From the NCBI GenBank assembly GCA_963768105.1, contig CAVYGR010000004.1:118019-182018 (forward strand): DNA of 64,000 nt. The letters run 5' to 3'. Source of the stretch: Candidatus Dormiibacterota bacterium (GTDB taxonomy: Bacteria; Chloroflexota; Dormibacteria; Aeolococcales; Aeolococcaceae). A model generated the notes under the pieces. The model had not been told where the DNA came from and searched no databases. It worked only from the letters and a program-made list of their open reading frames with translations. A program made the translations under genes and the position numbers. Of this stretch, positions 36,138 through 48,100 are shown one piece after another (within the stretch, counting starts at the first letter, position 1; every line of letters starts with the position of its first letter).

Positions 36138-37306
36138 TCCCGCTCCAGCACCATCGCGATGCCCTGGCCGCCGCCGATGCACAGGGCGGCGACACCGAGG
36201 TGGACATCGCGCTTGGCCATCTCGTGCAGCAGGGTCACCAGGATGCGGGTGCCGCTGGCGCCGATGGGATGGCCGATCGCGATCGCCCCACCGTTGACGT
36301 TGAGCCGGTCCTCCGGCACCGCCAGCTCTCGTCCGACCGCCACAGCCTGCGAGGCGAAGGCCTCGTTGAGCTCGAACAGGTCGATGTCGCGCAGCTCCAC
36401 CCCGGCCTTCTGCAACGCCGAGCGCACCGCCGGCACGGGTCCCATCCCCATGATCCGCGGCGCCACGCCGGCACTCGAGTAACCGCGGATTCGAGCCAGG
36501 GGCACGCGGTGCTCCGCCTTTGCTCGCGACGCGCTCATCACCACCACGGCCGCGGCGCCATCGTTGATGCCACTCGCGTTTCCCGCGGTGACGGTGCCGT
36601 CCTTGGCGAACGCGGCTCGCAGGGTGGCCAGCGACTCAGCGGTGATGCCGGCTCGAGGATGCTCGTCGGTGTCGATGAGCACCTGTTCCTTCTTGCGCTG
36701 CACCGGGACCGCCACGATCTCGTCCTTGAAGCGGCCGCTCTTGATTGCCGCCTCCGCTTTCTGCTGGGAGGCGGCGGCGAACGCATCCTGATCCTCGCGC
36801 GACACCTCGAACTCCCGCGCGATATTCTCCGCGGTGCTGCCCATGTGGCAGTCGTCGAAGGCGCACCAGAGACCGTCACGAATGATGTCGTCGACGAGCT
36901 GTCCGTGTCCCAGGCGGTAGCCGTAGCGGCCGCTCTCCATCAGGTACGGCGCCCGCGACATGTTCTCCATCCCGCCGGCAATCACGCACTCCGCGTCACC
37001 GGCGCGAATCGCCTGCGCCGCGAGCGCGACCGTCTTGAGCCCGCTGCCGCAGACCTTGTTGATGGTCGTTGCAGGAACATGCTCCGCGAGTCCGGCGCCG
37101 ATCGCCGACTGGCGGGCGGTGTTCTGACCGAGACCTGCCTGGAGGACGTTGCCCATCAGCACCTCGTCGACGGTGTCGATGCCGGCGCGGCGCAACGCTT
37201 CCTCGACGGCGATCGAGCCGAGCCTGGTGGCCGGAGTGTCCACGTAGGCTCCGCCGAACGTCCCCACCGGCGTGCGCACCGCGCTGACGATGACCGCGTC
37301 CTCCAT
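36134..37306 (-). CDS. Acetyl-CoA C-acetyltransferase (thiolase II).
   Basis: [15 protein letters not shown], active-site Cys region NKVCGSGLK, and C-terminal [17 protein letters not shown] plus [15 protein letters not shown] at 37306. The upstream 92 codons are artefact. Confidence 0.85.
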   Translation of the reverse strand: MEDAVIVSAVRTPVGTFGGAYVDTPATRLGSIAVEEALRRAGIDTVDEVLMGNVLQAGLGQNTARQSAIGAGLAEHVPATTINKVCGSGLKTVALAAQAIRAGDAECVIAGGMENMSRAPYLMESGRYGYRLGHGQLVDDIIRDGLWCAFDDCHMGSTAENIAREFEVSREDQDAFAAASQQKAEAAIKSGRFKDEIVAVPVQRKKEQVLIDTDEHPRAGITAESLATLRAAFAKDGTVTAGNASGINDGAAAVVVMSASRAKAEHRVPLARIRGYSSAGVAPRIMGMGPVPAVRSALQKAGVELRDIDLFELNEAFASQAVAVGRELAVPEDRLNVNGGAIAIGHPIGASGTRILVTLLHEMAKRDVHLGVAALCIGGGQGIAMVLERD

Positions 37307-37316
37307 GCCGATCACT

Positions 37317-38276
37317 CTACGCCGGGCTCTGTGACGGGAGCATCGGATCGGACCCGAACGTCTCCGCGTAGCGAGCACGGAACGAGTTGGGGGTGAAGTG
37401 GTGCGTCTGCGGGCCTCGTTCTCCGACGACGTAGGCCGCCGCCACCGATCCCATCCGTCCGGCGACGTCCGGGGTCGCGCCGGCGCGAAAGCCGGTGAGC
37501 AGCCCCGCAACGTACGCGTCGCCGGCTCCGGTCGGATCGACCGGGGTGACGACGACCGCGGGAGGGACGCGCGTGACTCCATCGGGCGTGTGTATCTCGC
37601 TGCCCGCGGCGCCCTTGGTCACCGCGACCATCCGCCCGGCGCCGAGCTCGCGGATCGACAGCCCGGTTCGATCGCGGATCATTTCCAGCTCGTAGTCGTT
37701 GCCCGCGACCAGCCATGCCTGCTCGAGGCCGGCACGCAGGACGTCATCCGGGAGCGCAGGAATCTGCTGCGCAGGCACGAAGACCAGCCGCGCGCCAAGA
37801 GTCCGCGCCTGATCGACGTGCAGCGCCATCGCGCCGGCGTCGTCGGCGCCCACCACCACCTCGGAGATGTCCCGAAGGACGCTGAGATCAACCCCGGCGG
37901 CGCGCGCCATCGCGCCGGGATGGAACGCGGTGATCTGGTTGCCGTCCAGGTCGGTGGTGATGAACGCGGTCGCGGTGTCGATGTCATCGCACCGCAGCAC
38001 GGCGGAGGTGTCCACCCCCTCGGCCTCGAGCGCGGCCGCGAACCCGTCGAAGTCGCGCGCTCCGGCCGCGGCGCAGAGCAGCGGTCGCTCCCCAAGCAGT
38101 GCCATCGAATACGCGATGTTCGACGCCGTGCCGCCTCGCCGGCGCTCGAGATGCTCGACCAGGAAAGCGACGTTGAGCAGATGCGTCTTGTCGGGCAGGA
38201 TGTGGTCGCCGAATCGCCCGTTGAAGACCATGATGGTGTCGAAGGCGACCGATCCGGTCACGGCAGTTCGTCCCAC
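37317..38276 (-). CDS. adoK: PfkB-family carbohydrate/nucleoside kinase closely resembling mycobacterial adenosine kinase (AdoK).
   Basis: [59 protein letters not shown] follows the Mtb AdoK N-terminus nearly residue-for-pattern, and the C-terminus carries [11 protein letters not shown] at 38276 gives a product of about 320 aa. Confidence 0.75.
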   Translation of the reverse strand: MGRTAVTGSVAFDTIMVFNGRFGDHILPDKTHLLNVAFLVEHLERRRGGTASNIAYSMALLGERPLLCAAAGARDFDGFAAALEAEGVDTSAVLRCDDIDTATAFITTDLDGNQITAFHPGAMARAAGVDLSVLRDISEVVVGADDAGAMALHVDQARTLGARLVFVPAQQIPALPDDVLRAGLEQAWLVAGNDYELEMIRDRTGLSIRELGAGRMVAVTKGAAGSEIHTPDGVTRVPPAVVVTPVDPTGAGDAYVAGLLTGFRAGATPDVAGRMGSVAAAYVVGERGPQTHHFTPNSFRARYAETFGSDPMLPSQSPA

Positions 38277-38328
38277 GGCGGGGCAGGATAGCCAGCCCGG
38301 CGTGCCCGCCGCACCGAGAGCGGCGACA

Positions 38329-40089
38329 ATGATCCCGATGGCGCTGCACGAGATCGGAGGCGAGGCGACCGCCCAGAGTCCGCCCACCCACCTCACCAGG
38401 GCGCAGCCGGCGCCCGAGGAGACAGCGCTCTTCGACGCGGTGGAGGTCTATCACCGCACCTATACGACCATCCTGCGCAGCAGCGGCGAGACTCAGCTGC
38501 GGGTGTTCGAGCACTCCCACAAGGCCATGGGCTCGAGCCTGCATCCGCTCGCCGGGTCCGCCGAGATCGACCTCGGCGCGTTCCTCTACGCGATCCGGCG
38601 CCTGCCCGAAGCGATCCACAGCGCCCGCATCGTCGTCATGGGTCAATCCGCCCAGGTCTTTGCGCAGCGCGGGTTCCGTCCCTTCAGCGAGTGGACGGAG
38701 GTGAGCGCCCCAGGGCGGCGGCGGCGCTGGTACGACGACGGAGACGGCACCCTCGCCGTGCTCATCGCGAGCGCCTCCGACGTCGACGATCTGATCCCCA
38801 CGATGGTGGCGCTCCAGATCGAATGGAAGAAATTGCGCCTCGCGCTGCGCGGGTCCGGCATGGAGCACATCGAGCAGGTCAGCCCGGCGGAAGTGGCGAC
38901 CGCGTGCGGCGGCCTCGAGGACGACTGGCTCCAGCTCCATGAGATCTGGGGCGTGAGCTTCGGCCCCCGGCTCGCGGAGATCGCGGAGCGGCCGATGGAG
39001 CTGCGCATCCGGATGCTCGGTGGCACCCAGGTCGGTTATGCCCGCGTCACCCGACGCTGGTGGCAGCAGGTGACCGGGCTCATGCGCTCCGAATCGCTGC
39101 TCGACCGCCCGGTCTATTTCGTGAGCAGCAACTCGCATGCCATCACCAACCTGCTCACCGGCGTCGCTCCTCGACACGCCGACGAGCTCGCCGCAGCCGT
39201 GGAGCGCGAGGGGTCTGGCGAGCTCCGCAAGGAGTTGCAACGCTTTCGCGACGGCACCGCGCAGGGACACTGGAACAACTTCCTCTTCTACGTCGCGCGC
39301 GAGCGGCTGCGTCTGCTCCCCGATGCCGAGCGGGGAGCGCTGCGACGCGAGGAACGGGAAGCGGGCGCTCTGAACGTCACCAGCAGGACCGCGCTCGACG
39401 TCGCGGCACAGGTCGTGCCCCTCGACCGCCTCGCGCCGGCGCGATTCGACGAGCGGGTGCTGCCCGTCGACGCGGCGGCGCTCGCGGCGAGCAGGGCGAT
39501 GATCGTCAACATCGACTACCCGCTCGGGCTCGCCGCCTACAACATCCTCCGAGAGGTTGCGGAGACCGTCGATCTCCGCGGTGTGTACATCCTCGGCAAG
39601 GCCGCCACCCTCAACGCGGACGTGGGCGATGTGATGATCAGCAGCGTCGTCCACGACGAGCACAGCCGCTCCACGTACTGGCTCGACAATGCCTTCGCCG
39701 TCTCCGACATCGCCCCGTACCTTCGTTTCGGGAGCGGACTCGACAACCAGCGCGCGGTGAGCGTCAAGGGGACCTTTCTCCAGAATCGCGGGTACCTTGA
39801 CTTCTACTACCGCGAGGCGTTCACGGTGGTCGAGATGGAGGCCGGCCCCTACTGCAACGCCGTGTACGAGATGACCCAGCCCGCCCGGTATCCGACCAGC
39901 GAGCCGGTCAGCTTCTCCAAGCTGCCGATCGATTTCGGGGTGATCCACTACGCGTCCGACACGCCGTACACGCAGGCGCGCACGCTCGGAGCACGCGGCC
40001 TGTCGTACTTCGGAATGGACTCGACGTACGCGTCGTCGGTCGCCATCGTGCGGCGAATCCTCGCCCGCGAGGGCGCGACAGGGCAGTAG
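38329..40089 (+). CDS. 586-aa protein with a C-terminal PNP/UDP/MTAN-fold nucleosidase-phosphorylase domain and a ~330-aa N-terminal domain of unknown function (AMP-nucleosidase-like architecture).
   Basis: The C-terminal GKAATLNADVGDVMISS, VEMEAGPYCNAVYE and IHYASDTPY match the MTAN/PNP motifs G.AG.L...GDVV.S, EMEA and SD.A, with the catalytic Glu and Asp conserved. ATG at 38329, divergent from adoK. Confidence 0.55.
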   Translation: MIPMALHEIGGEATAQSPPTHLTRAQPAPEETALFDAVEVYHRTYTTILRSSGETQLRVFEHSHKAMGSSLHPLAGSAEIDLGAFLYAIRRLPEAIHSARIVVMGQSAQVFAQRGFRPFSEWTEVSAPGRRRRWYDDGDGTLAVLIASASDVDDLIPTMVALQIEWKKLRLALRGSGMEHIEQVSPAEVATACGGLEDDWLQLHEIWGVSFGPRLAEIAERPMELRIRMLGGTQVGYARVTRRWWQQVTGLMRSESLLDRPVYFVSSNSHAITNLLTGVAPRHADELAAAVEREGSGELRKELQRFRDGTAQGHWNNFLFYVARERLRLLPDAERGALRREEREAGALNVTSRTALDVAAQVVPLDRLAPARFDERVLPVDAAALAASRAMIVNIDYPLGLAAYNILREVAETVDLRGVYILGKAATLNADVGDVMISSVVHDEHSRSTYWLDNAFAVSDIAPYLRFGSGLDNQRAVSVKGTFLQNRGYLDFYYREAFTVVEMEAGPYCNAVYEMTQPARYPTSEPVSFSKLPIDFGVIHYASDTPYTQARTLGARGLSYFGMDSTYASSVAIVRRILAREGATGQ

Positions 40090-40095
40090 CGGCGC

Positions 40096-41730
40096 TTGTC
40101 CCTGGTCAGTCTTCGCGACGTGGGTGTCGCCTTCGGTGCCGAGAGCGTGCTCGAGGGCGTGACTCTCCGCGTCGAGACGCGTGAGCGCATCGCCGTGGTC
40201 GGCGCCAACGGCGCCGGCAAGACCACGCTGCTCACGCTCATCAGCGGCGCCCGGGAACCGACCACGGGAGAGGTCGAATGGCAGCGCGGCCTGCGCATCG
40301 GCTACCTGCCCCAGGATGCCCCGGAGCCCATCGCCGAGACCATCCTCGACGAGGTGATGGCATCGCGCGAGGACCTGGCCGCGATGCACCACGAGATGAC
40401 GACGCTCGAGCCGCTGCTGGCGGACAGCGCGCGGCCCGACGCGTCGAAGTTGCTGGAGCGTTATGGAGAGGTCCAGCATCGCTACATCGACCAGGGTGGG
40501 TACGAGCTCGAGGCCAACGCCCGCGAGGCGCTGGGCGGGCTCGGGCTCGACACCGCAACGCAGCAACGCCACCCGTCGCAACTGAGCGGCGGGCAGAAGC
40601 GCAGGCTCGAGCTCGCCAAGCTGCTCGTGCAGGACGCCGATCTCCTGCTCATCGACGAACCGACCAATCACCTCGACCTCACCGCGATCGAATGGCTCGA
40701 GGACTTCATGCGCGGCGTCTCCACCGCCTTCGTGCTCGTCTCCCACGACCGCCGCTTTCTCGACAACGTGTGCACGCAGGTGGTCGAGGTCGCCGGCGGT
40801 ACCGTCGAGGAATACCCCGGCAACTACACGCAGTACACCAAGCTGCGGGTCGAACGGCGCGAGCGCAGGCGGCGCGAATTCGCCGCCCAGAAGGCATACA
40901 TCGATCACCAGGAGGAGTTCATCCGCAAGTACAAAGCCGGCCAGCGCGCTCGGGAGGCACGCGGCCGGCAGACTCGGCTCAACCGACTCGAACGGGTCGA
41001 GCCACCGACGGTCGACCGTCGTCCGCGGCTGCGCTTCGCCAGCGCCCCGGCTTCGCGCGTGACCCTGAAGGGAGTCGGTCTGGTGGTCGGCAGGGATGCG
41101 CCGCTCCTGAGCGTGCCGCCGTTGACGATCGTCCCCGGCGAGCGCATCGCCGTCATCGGACCCAACGGCAGTGGCAAGTCGACGCTGCTCCACACGCTTG
41201 CCGCAGATCTACCCCCGCTGGAGGGAACCCTGACGCTCGGCCCGCGCAGCGTGCGCCGCCTGTACCGGCAGGACCTCGGTCAATCCACCGAGCACGGTGC
41301 GGCGGACGTGCCCGCCGGTGACGACGAGCGCACCGTGCTCGCGGACCTGCTCGCGACCCATCCGGTCGGCGAGGAGCGAGCACGCACGCTCCTCGGGTCG
41401 TTGCTGTTCAGCGGCGATGACACCCTCAAGCTCGTCGGCGACCTCAGCGGCGGTGAGCGTGCGCGTCTGATGATGGGCAAGCTCGCCATCGAGGAGACCA
41501 ACCTCCTGCTCCTCGACGAGCCGACGAACCATCTCGACATCCCAGCCCAGGAGGTCCTCGAGGCGGCACTCGTGAAGTACCCCGGGGCGATGGTGCTGGT
41601 GACCCACGACCGCGCGCTGATCGACGCGGTGGCCACCCGCACCTGGGCCATCGAGGACGGTCGCATCCGCGAGGTCCTCGGCGGCTATTCGGATCTGCAA
41701 CGGGCGCGGGAGCGCGAGCGCCGCCGGTGA
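40096..41730 (+). CDS. ABC-F family ATPase (two tandem ABC domains, no TMD; EttA/Uup-like).
   Basis: Two Walker A motifs (GANGAGKTT and GPNGSGKST), two signature motifs (LSGGQKRR and LSGGERAR) and the inter-domain linker. TTG start. Confidence 0.85.
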   Translation: MSLVSLRDVGVAFGAESVLEGVTLRVETRERIAVVGANGAGKTTLLTLISGAREPTTGEVEWQRGLRIGYLPQDAPEPIAETILDEVMASREDLAAMHHEMTTLEPLLADSARPDASKLLERYGEVQHRYIDQGGYELEANAREALGGLGLDTATQQRHPSQLSGGQKRRLELAKLLVQDADLLLIDEPTNHLDLTAIEWLEDFMRGVSTAFVLVSHDRRFLDNVCTQVVEVAGGTVEEYPGNYTQYTKLRVERRERRRREFAAQKAYIDHQEEFIRKYKAGQRAREARGRQTRLNRLERVEPPTVDRRPRLRFASAPASRVTLKGVGLVVGRDAPLLSVPPLTIVPGERIAVIGPNGSGKSTLLHTLAADLPPLEGTLTLGPRSVRRLYRQDLGQSTEHGAADVPAGDDERTVLADLLATHPVGEERARTLLGSLLFSGDDTLKLVGDLSGGERARLMMGKLAIEETNLLLLDEPTNHLDIPAQEVLEAALVKYPGAMVLVTHDRALIDAVATRTWAIEDGRIREVLGGYSDLQRARERERRR

Positions 41731-42644
41731 CCGTCGCCGCGACGCGCACGCGCGCTCCCACGCCGGGGATCGCGCTGGTGGTCGCGACCGTGGGGGTCTC
41801 GTTCTCGGCGATCCTGATCCGCGTCGCCGGCGACGACGCGGCCACCATCGTCTGGCTGCGCATGGGGATGGCCGCCGCCCTGCTCACGCCCTGGGTGGTG
41901 CGCGACGCGCGCCGTCATGTCATGCCCAAAGGGCGGACACAGGTCGCCCTGGTCGTCGTGAGCGGCGTGCTCCTGGCCGGCCACTTCCTGCTGTGGACCG
42001 CGTCCCTCAAGTACACGTCGATCGCCGCCAGCGTGCTCCTCGTGTCGGTGCACCCGATCATCGTCACCCCGCTCGGCAAACGACTGCTCGGCGAGCGCGT
42101 CTCGCGTCGCACCCTGATCGCGGTGGCGATTGCGCTCATCGGCATGGTCGTCACGTGCGCGGGCGATCTGCGACTTGAGAGCAGCGCCTTTGTCGGCGAT
42201 CTGCTCGCGATCGGGGGCGCCGTGTGTCTCGCCGGGTACCTGCTCATCGGGCGCGGCGTGCGCTCCGAACTCGGGGTGGCCGGCTACTCCGCGATCGTGT
42301 ATGCGGTCGTGTGCGTCGTGGCGGCGCTGACGGCGTTCGCCGGCGGGACGGCGCACCTCCCCTCGCCGAGGGTCGCGCTCGCCTGCCTCGGACTCGCGGT
42401 CGTCTGCACGATCGGTGGCCACACCGTGTACAACTGGGCGCTGCGCCATGTGCAGGTGCTCCTGGTGTCGCTGTCGTTCCTTGGCGAGGCGCCGCTCGCC
42501 GCGCTGCTCGCCCTCGCATTCTTCGGCGCGGTGCCGGCGGCGGCGACGGTCGTGGGTGGCGCGCTGATCATCGCCGGGCTCGCGCTCGCGCTCATCGAGC
42601 CGCGCGCCTGGTCAGGCCGGGCCGACATCGCCCTGAACGGGTGA
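41727..42644 (+). CDS. EamA/DMT-superfamily transporter (10 TM).
   Basis: Two EamA repeats of hydrophobic helices. A 4-nt overlap with the ABC-F stop. Confidence 0.7.
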   Translation: MTVAATRTRAPTPGIALVVATVGVSFSAILIRVAGDDAATIVWLRMGMAAALLTPWVVRDARRHVMPKGRTQVALVVVSGVLLAGHFLLWTASLKYTSIAASVLLVSVHPIIVTPLGKRLLGERVSRRTLIAVAIALIGMVVTCAGDLRLESSAFVGDLLAIGGAVCLAGYLLIGRGVRSELGVAGYSAIVYAVVCVVAALTAFAGGTAHLPSPRVALACLGLAVVCTIGGHTVYNWALRHVQVLLVSLSFLGEAPLAALLALAFFGAVPAAATVVGGALIIAGLALALIEPRAWSGRADIALNG

Positions 42645-42655
42645 CGGATCCCTTG

Positions 42656-43385
42656 TCAGCGCGAGTAGCGACGGGATCGAAGCCCGAGACGGTGCAACTC
42701 GAAGCGATTCACCGTCCAGACCGTCTTCAAGCCGTACACGAGCGAGACGCGAAAGTTCACCGAAGACGCATCGTCGAAGTACTGCGTCTTGACCGGGACC
42801 TCGGCGACCTTGAAGTTGAAGGCGGCGGCCTGGGTGAGGATCTGCGTGTCGAACACGAAGTCATTCGAGTTGCGCAGGAACGGCACGGTGGTCAGGAACT
42901 TGCGACTGTAGGCGCGGTATCCGGTGTGGTACTCGGAGAGTCCGAGTCCGAGCACCCGATTCTCGAAGCCGGTGAGCGAACGGTTGGCGAGGCGCTTCCA
43001 CCACGGCATGCCCCCTGCCCTGGCGCCACCGGCGCTGAGAAAGCGTGATCCCAGCACCACATCGGCGCGTCCGCTGCTGATCACCTCCACCATGTCGGTG
43101 AGAATCGCGGGGTCGTACTGACCGTCGGGATGCAGCATCACGATGACGTCGGCGCCGTCGCGCAGCGCTTCGATGTAGCAGGTTTTTTGGTTGGCTCCGT
43201 AGCCGGCGTTGTGTGGGTGTCTGATGACCACGAGATCGAGGGACGCAGCCAGGCGGGCGGTGTCATCGGCGCTGCCGTCGTCCACGAGGATGATCGTGTC
43301 CACAACTCCAGCAGGGATCTTCGCGATCGTTGCCTCCAGAAGTCTTGGCCGCGTTGTACGCGGGCATCACGACTACCGTCCGCAA
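42656..43385 (-). CDS. GT2 polyprenol-phosphate glycosyltransferase (Ppm1/GtrB-like), interrupted by a +1 frameshift.
   Basis: The N-terminal VVVMPAYNAA lies in another frame (ORF 43263..43460) and joins LLEATIAKIPAGVVDTIILVDDGSADDT at the TT run 43345-43346. The rest is typical (HPHNAGYGANQ, VVLGSRF). Confidence 0.65.
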
Positions 43386-43552
43386 GGTCTCGATCGAACC
43401 TCGACCGGTGACACCGGAGCGCTTCTGCCGTGCCGTGTCTGGCAACTGCATCCATCCCACTTGGCCGGCACCAGCTCGGCGTTGGCGCGTTTGACCTCTT
43501 TCAGCGACCGATCATACCGCCTGCTCATGGGGGAGCGAACCCGCACAGGCCG

Positions 43553-44570
43553 CTACGGCGTCGCGCCGGTCTCGGCGGGTTTGTAGTTCCGCCGGTAGAA
43601 CTCCCAGAACTCACCGGACTTGAGCGGCCGCCACCAGTCCTCGTGCTCCACAAACCAGTCGACGGTCCGCTGCATACCCGCCTCGAAGGCCACCGCCGGG
43701 TGCCAGCCCAGCCCCATGAGCCGAGTCGAGTCGAGCGCGTATCGTCGATCGTGGCCGGGGCGATCGCGAACGAAATGCTTGAGCGAGCTCGGCTTGTTGA
43801 GCAGGCGCAGCACGGTATCCGCAACCGTGATGCCATCGGTCTCGCCCCCGGCGCCGATGTTGTAGTCCATTCCCACGACACCTTCGCGGAGGGCGCGATC
43901 GATCCCTCGAGCATGGTCCTCGACGTAGAGGTAGTCGCGAACCGCCCCACCGTCCCCGTAGATCGGCAGTGGTCGATTCTCGATCGCATTGGTGATGAAG
44001 AGCGGAATGATCTTCTCCGGGTACTGATAGGGGCCGTACGTGTTCGATCCGCGGGTGACGATCGCGGGGAATCCATACGACATCCGGTATGCCTGCACCT
44101 GAAGTTCGCCGCCGGCCTTGCTCGCGCTGTACGGGCTGCGCGGACGGAGCGGATCGCCCTCGACGCTGACGCCGCTGGTCACCTCCCCATAGACCTCGTC
44201 CGTGCTCACCTGCACAAACCGCTCGTGCCCGTGCTCGCGCGCCGCGTCCATGAGCACGAACGTCCCGTACACGTCGGTCAGAATGAACTGCCCGGGGGCT
44301 TCGAGCGAACGATCGACGTGCGAACTCGGCGGCGAAATTCACGATGACGTCGGTGGCGGCGGCAAGCTCGCGAACGGTCGCGGCATCGCAGATGTCGCCG
44401 CGCACGAATCGGAATCGGGGGTCGGGGCGTACCGGATCGAGATTGCGCTCGTTGCCGGCATAGGTGAGCTTGTCGAGCACGATGACCGAGTCATCGGGAT
44501 GATCGCGGAGGGTCATGCGCACGAATTCGCTGCCGATGAACCCCGCTCCGCCGGTGACCAGCAGGCGCAC
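43553..44570 (-). CDS. rfbB: dTDP-glucose 4,6-dehydratase, interrupted by a +1 frameshift.
   Basis: MRLLVTGGAGFIGSEF...NFAAE | SHVDRSLEAPGQFILTDVYGTFVLMDAA...YSASKA. The frames join at the AA run 44323-44324. Confidence 0.8.
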
Positions 44571-44571
44571 G

Positions 44572-45142
44572 TCAGATGTTCTCGATCGTCCAGTCGAAGC
44601 CGATTCGTGGATCGTTCCAGGCGATCCGGCCCTCGTCCGGGTCCTCGGCGTTGTACGGCTGGGTCACATAGTAGTTGAGGATCACGTCACGCATCGAGAG
44701 GCATTGGTATCCATGCGCGACGAGCGGCGGGATGGCCACCATCCGGGGTGCGTTCTCGCCGAGCATCAACGCCTGGATGTGACCCGCGGTGGGTGAATCA
44801 CTGCGCAGGTCAACGAGCACGACCCGGGCGTCGCCCTGGATGATGTCCCAGTAGTCCCACTGCCGCTTGTGCCAGTGGAACGCCTTGATCAGCTCGGGCG
44901 GGTTGCCCCCTCGAGCGTAGGTGAGGCTGCGCGACATCTGCGCGAAGGCCTGATCGGGGAGGAACGGGCCGGCCCTCGTCATCGAGGTCACCGACCTTCA
45001 GCTGCTCGATGAAGTAGCCGCGCTGGTCGGCCCACTTTTGAAACGTCTTGACCATGACGCCGTCGATCGCGCCGAAACGCTCGGCGAGGGGGCGCGAAGC
45101 CATCATGTTGAGCACCCCTTCCATCTCGGGGAGCACGGTCAT
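44572..45142 (-). CDS. rfbC: dTDP-4-dehydrorhamnose 3,5-epimerase, interrupted by a +1 frameshift.
   Basis: The N-terminal MTVLPEMEGVLNMMASRPLAERFGAIDGVM..GYFIEQL (ORF 44810..45151 frame) joins the C-terminal cupin part in the ORF 44572..44991 frame at the GGG run 44965-44967. Confidence 0.7.
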
Positions 45143-45153
45143 CCATGCCACAG

Positions 45154-48100
45154 CTACTGGAACCAGCCCTCAAGGTCGATGGTCACGTTGACGCTGCCGG
45201 CGCTGTTGTACAGGTAAACCTCACCGGCGTGCGCATCACCCATTCTGTCGAGTTGCACCACGGCCAGGTTGGGGAGGGTCACGCCGGCATTGACGTTCAG
45301 ATCCGATACCGACGGCCTGCTGGTGAGGTTCGCCGGGTAGAGGGTCAGGAATGTGGCGGCGGTGGGTACTACTGCGGTCAGGTTGGCGATCACCGCCACC
45401 ACCGTTGTCGCGCTCCCGGCGTCGGGAATGCCCATCGCTCCGGCGACCGGGGTCAGGCGGCTCAGCGCAGCACCGATCGCCCCGTGCGCGCACGAGGTCG
45501 TGGCCACGCGGGTGTCGCAGATCCGCGTGGGCGCGACCGCCTGGTACTGGTACCCGGGCGCGATCGCGGTCGGGCTCCCATACCAGCCGTTGGCATCGAC
45601 CACGACGTTGATGATCCCCGCAGCGTTGAAGACGCAGAGCGCGTCGGTGACCCCGCCGGGCGACGACGGACCGAGCTTGACCATCACCCGGTTGGCCTGC
45701 ACCCCCCCGGCGGCGAGGCTGAGGTTCGAGGTCCCGGTGGGCTTGCACGCCCCGTTCGGCTGGGGCGGAAAGAGGCTGAGATAGGTTGAGGCGGTTCCCG
45801 CCACGCCGGTGACGTTGACCACCACCGCCCCGGCCGTCCCGTCACCGGGGAGGCCCCCGGTGGCGGCGAAGTTGACCACCATCGATGCCCCAGGCCCGAG
45901 GGCGCCGTGAGCGCTGCAGATCGGCGTCGGCGACCGCGGCCTGGTGTCGCAGACGCGGATCGGCGAGACCGGGTGGAACAGCCCGGTCACGACGCTCGCC
46001 GGCTGCGGGGTGAAATACCCTTCCACATCGGCGACGACGTTGACGGTGCCCAGGGCGTTGTAGATGTCCACCGCGCCCCCTGGGCCGAGCGTCACCGTGA
46101 CCAGGTTGGCGATGACCGTGTGTGCCAGGAAGTTCAAATTCGACGCGTTCGGTCGCGTGGCGGACGGGTAGACGGTCAGCAGGCTCGCCGCGGAGCCGTT
46201 GACCTCGGTCACGTTCAGGACCACGGCGGTCGCACCCGTCGGTACCGGTGTGGGGCCAACTCCGGTGACCTGGAGTGGTCTGACTGCGCCCGGTCCCAGC
46301 GGGCTGCCCGCGCGAGTGTCGAGTATCCGGAACGGGCTGAGGGGTACATAGTTCGCGAGTCCCACGTACGTGTACGCAGATGCGCTGTTCTGGACGCTCG
46401 ATCCCAGGGAGTCGCTCGCCTGCGTCTGCACGACCACTCCCATTGTCGTGGCGTTCTTCGGAGTCACGAACGTGAACGATTCAGGAGTGAGACTGTTGAT
46501 GGGGGTGATCGGTGACCCCGCGAACGTGAAGGCCGTGTCCGGCGCGAAGTCGAAGCCACCGACGGTCACGGTCTGACCCCCCGCAACCGGGCCGGAGCTG
46601 GGCGTCAGTGACGTGATCGACGGTCCCGAGAGCGTGTAGCGACCTATGTACGTGTTCCAGCAGAACTGAGCACTGCTCTGGCAGCTCGTTGTGCTGTCGC
46701 CATTCGTGTCCTCGGAGACGACCCACACATCCGCGGGATGATTCGGATCCACGGCGGCACCGGAGTAGTCGCCCCAGCGGCACACGAACGACGCACAGGC
46801 CGGGGCATAAAATGTGGAGCTCGGCTGCAGCGTCGTGACGTTCGTCAGCACCGAGGCACCGCTGTCGATCGCCGCCACGTTGATGGTCTCGAGCGCCGCT
46901 GTGGAGGACTCGTCGAACACGGTGAACACGTTGCCGGCGGAGTCGATCGAGAGCGCTGGGTAGAACAGGTCGGCTCCGTTGACGCCCACATTGTTGATCT
47001 GGGTTCCGGCCGTGACGTTTCCGCTCGTGTCAGCGCCGACGCTCACGTAGTCGAGACATGAGCGCGCCGCGGTGTCTCCCATCGGCGTACACGTTGTGTT
47101 GCCGGCGGTCCAGAGTGCGTTGTTGTACCAGACCGCGTTGAGAAAGCGGTCGTCATCCGTCTGCAGCTGGAAGGGAGTACCCGGCTGATCGGCCGGCGGC
47201 GTCGAGCACGAACTACCGCTGCACTGCACGACCGTGGGTGTCATGGGCTCGTAGACGGGCGGCAACATCGCCACGTTGCCCCCACGCGGAGTGCCGTGCA
47301 CGGCAAGGACTCCGATGGAGCAGATCGTCGGAGAGCATCCACCCTCTTGAGCATCCGAGTTGTTCCACACGACGTACTGATACGGGTTTGACCCCAGTTC
47401 CTGCGCCGGCTGGAGCCCGAAGGCAAGGTTCTGAAAGTCCACCAGGCTGGAGGTGCCAACGAACGTGAGGGTGCCCTTCAGCAGATCCGATTTCTGGATG
47501 ATCAGCAGCTCGCTCTCTACGTAGCCGCCGGTGCAGTTGTCGTAGATACTCTGCGATGACGCCACGAGGCTGCTGGAGATGCCGAGTCCGGGCTGATCGC
47601 CCAGTAGTCCGTCGCTATTGCTCTGGTAAGGGGCCCACCCAAAACCGTACCAGATGTCATGCGATGTCAACGCCGACGCCGGCGAGACCAGGACGACGTC
47701 GAAATCCGGATAGCCGTTGGCGACGCACACCTCGAATTCCGGCGCATAGATGTCGAGCTCGCTGAGAAAGAACCGCCCGGAGGCGGCGTCATACACGATT
47801 CGCGGATCGGTGACCTGGTAGGACCCCGCGGACGATCCATTGAGAAACGTGTTGAGATCGAAGGAGAACTCAAAGCCGCCGACCCGCGAGTAGACGAACA
47901 CCGTGCTGTTCGTGGTCTCCACCACCTGGTACGGGCCCACTGCGATGTCCGGATCAGGGGGTGCCACCGTTTGGTCACCGCCGTAACGGGTGATCGCCGA
48001 CGACTGGGCGGTCCCCGCGAATCCGATCAGCTTCGACGGCGGCGTGCTGGAAGTCAGTGTCGGCGTCAGCCGCGCAGAGGGTGCCGGTGATGTGGCGCGC

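Noticed and set aside
37984-41193. 1069-codon minus-strand ORF spanning four plus-strand genes.
   Set aside because: It is antisense read-through typical of 70%-GC DNA. The product is Arg/Gly/Asp-rich low complexity with no domain, while the plus-strand genes (nucleosidase-like, ABC-F) have clear motifs.
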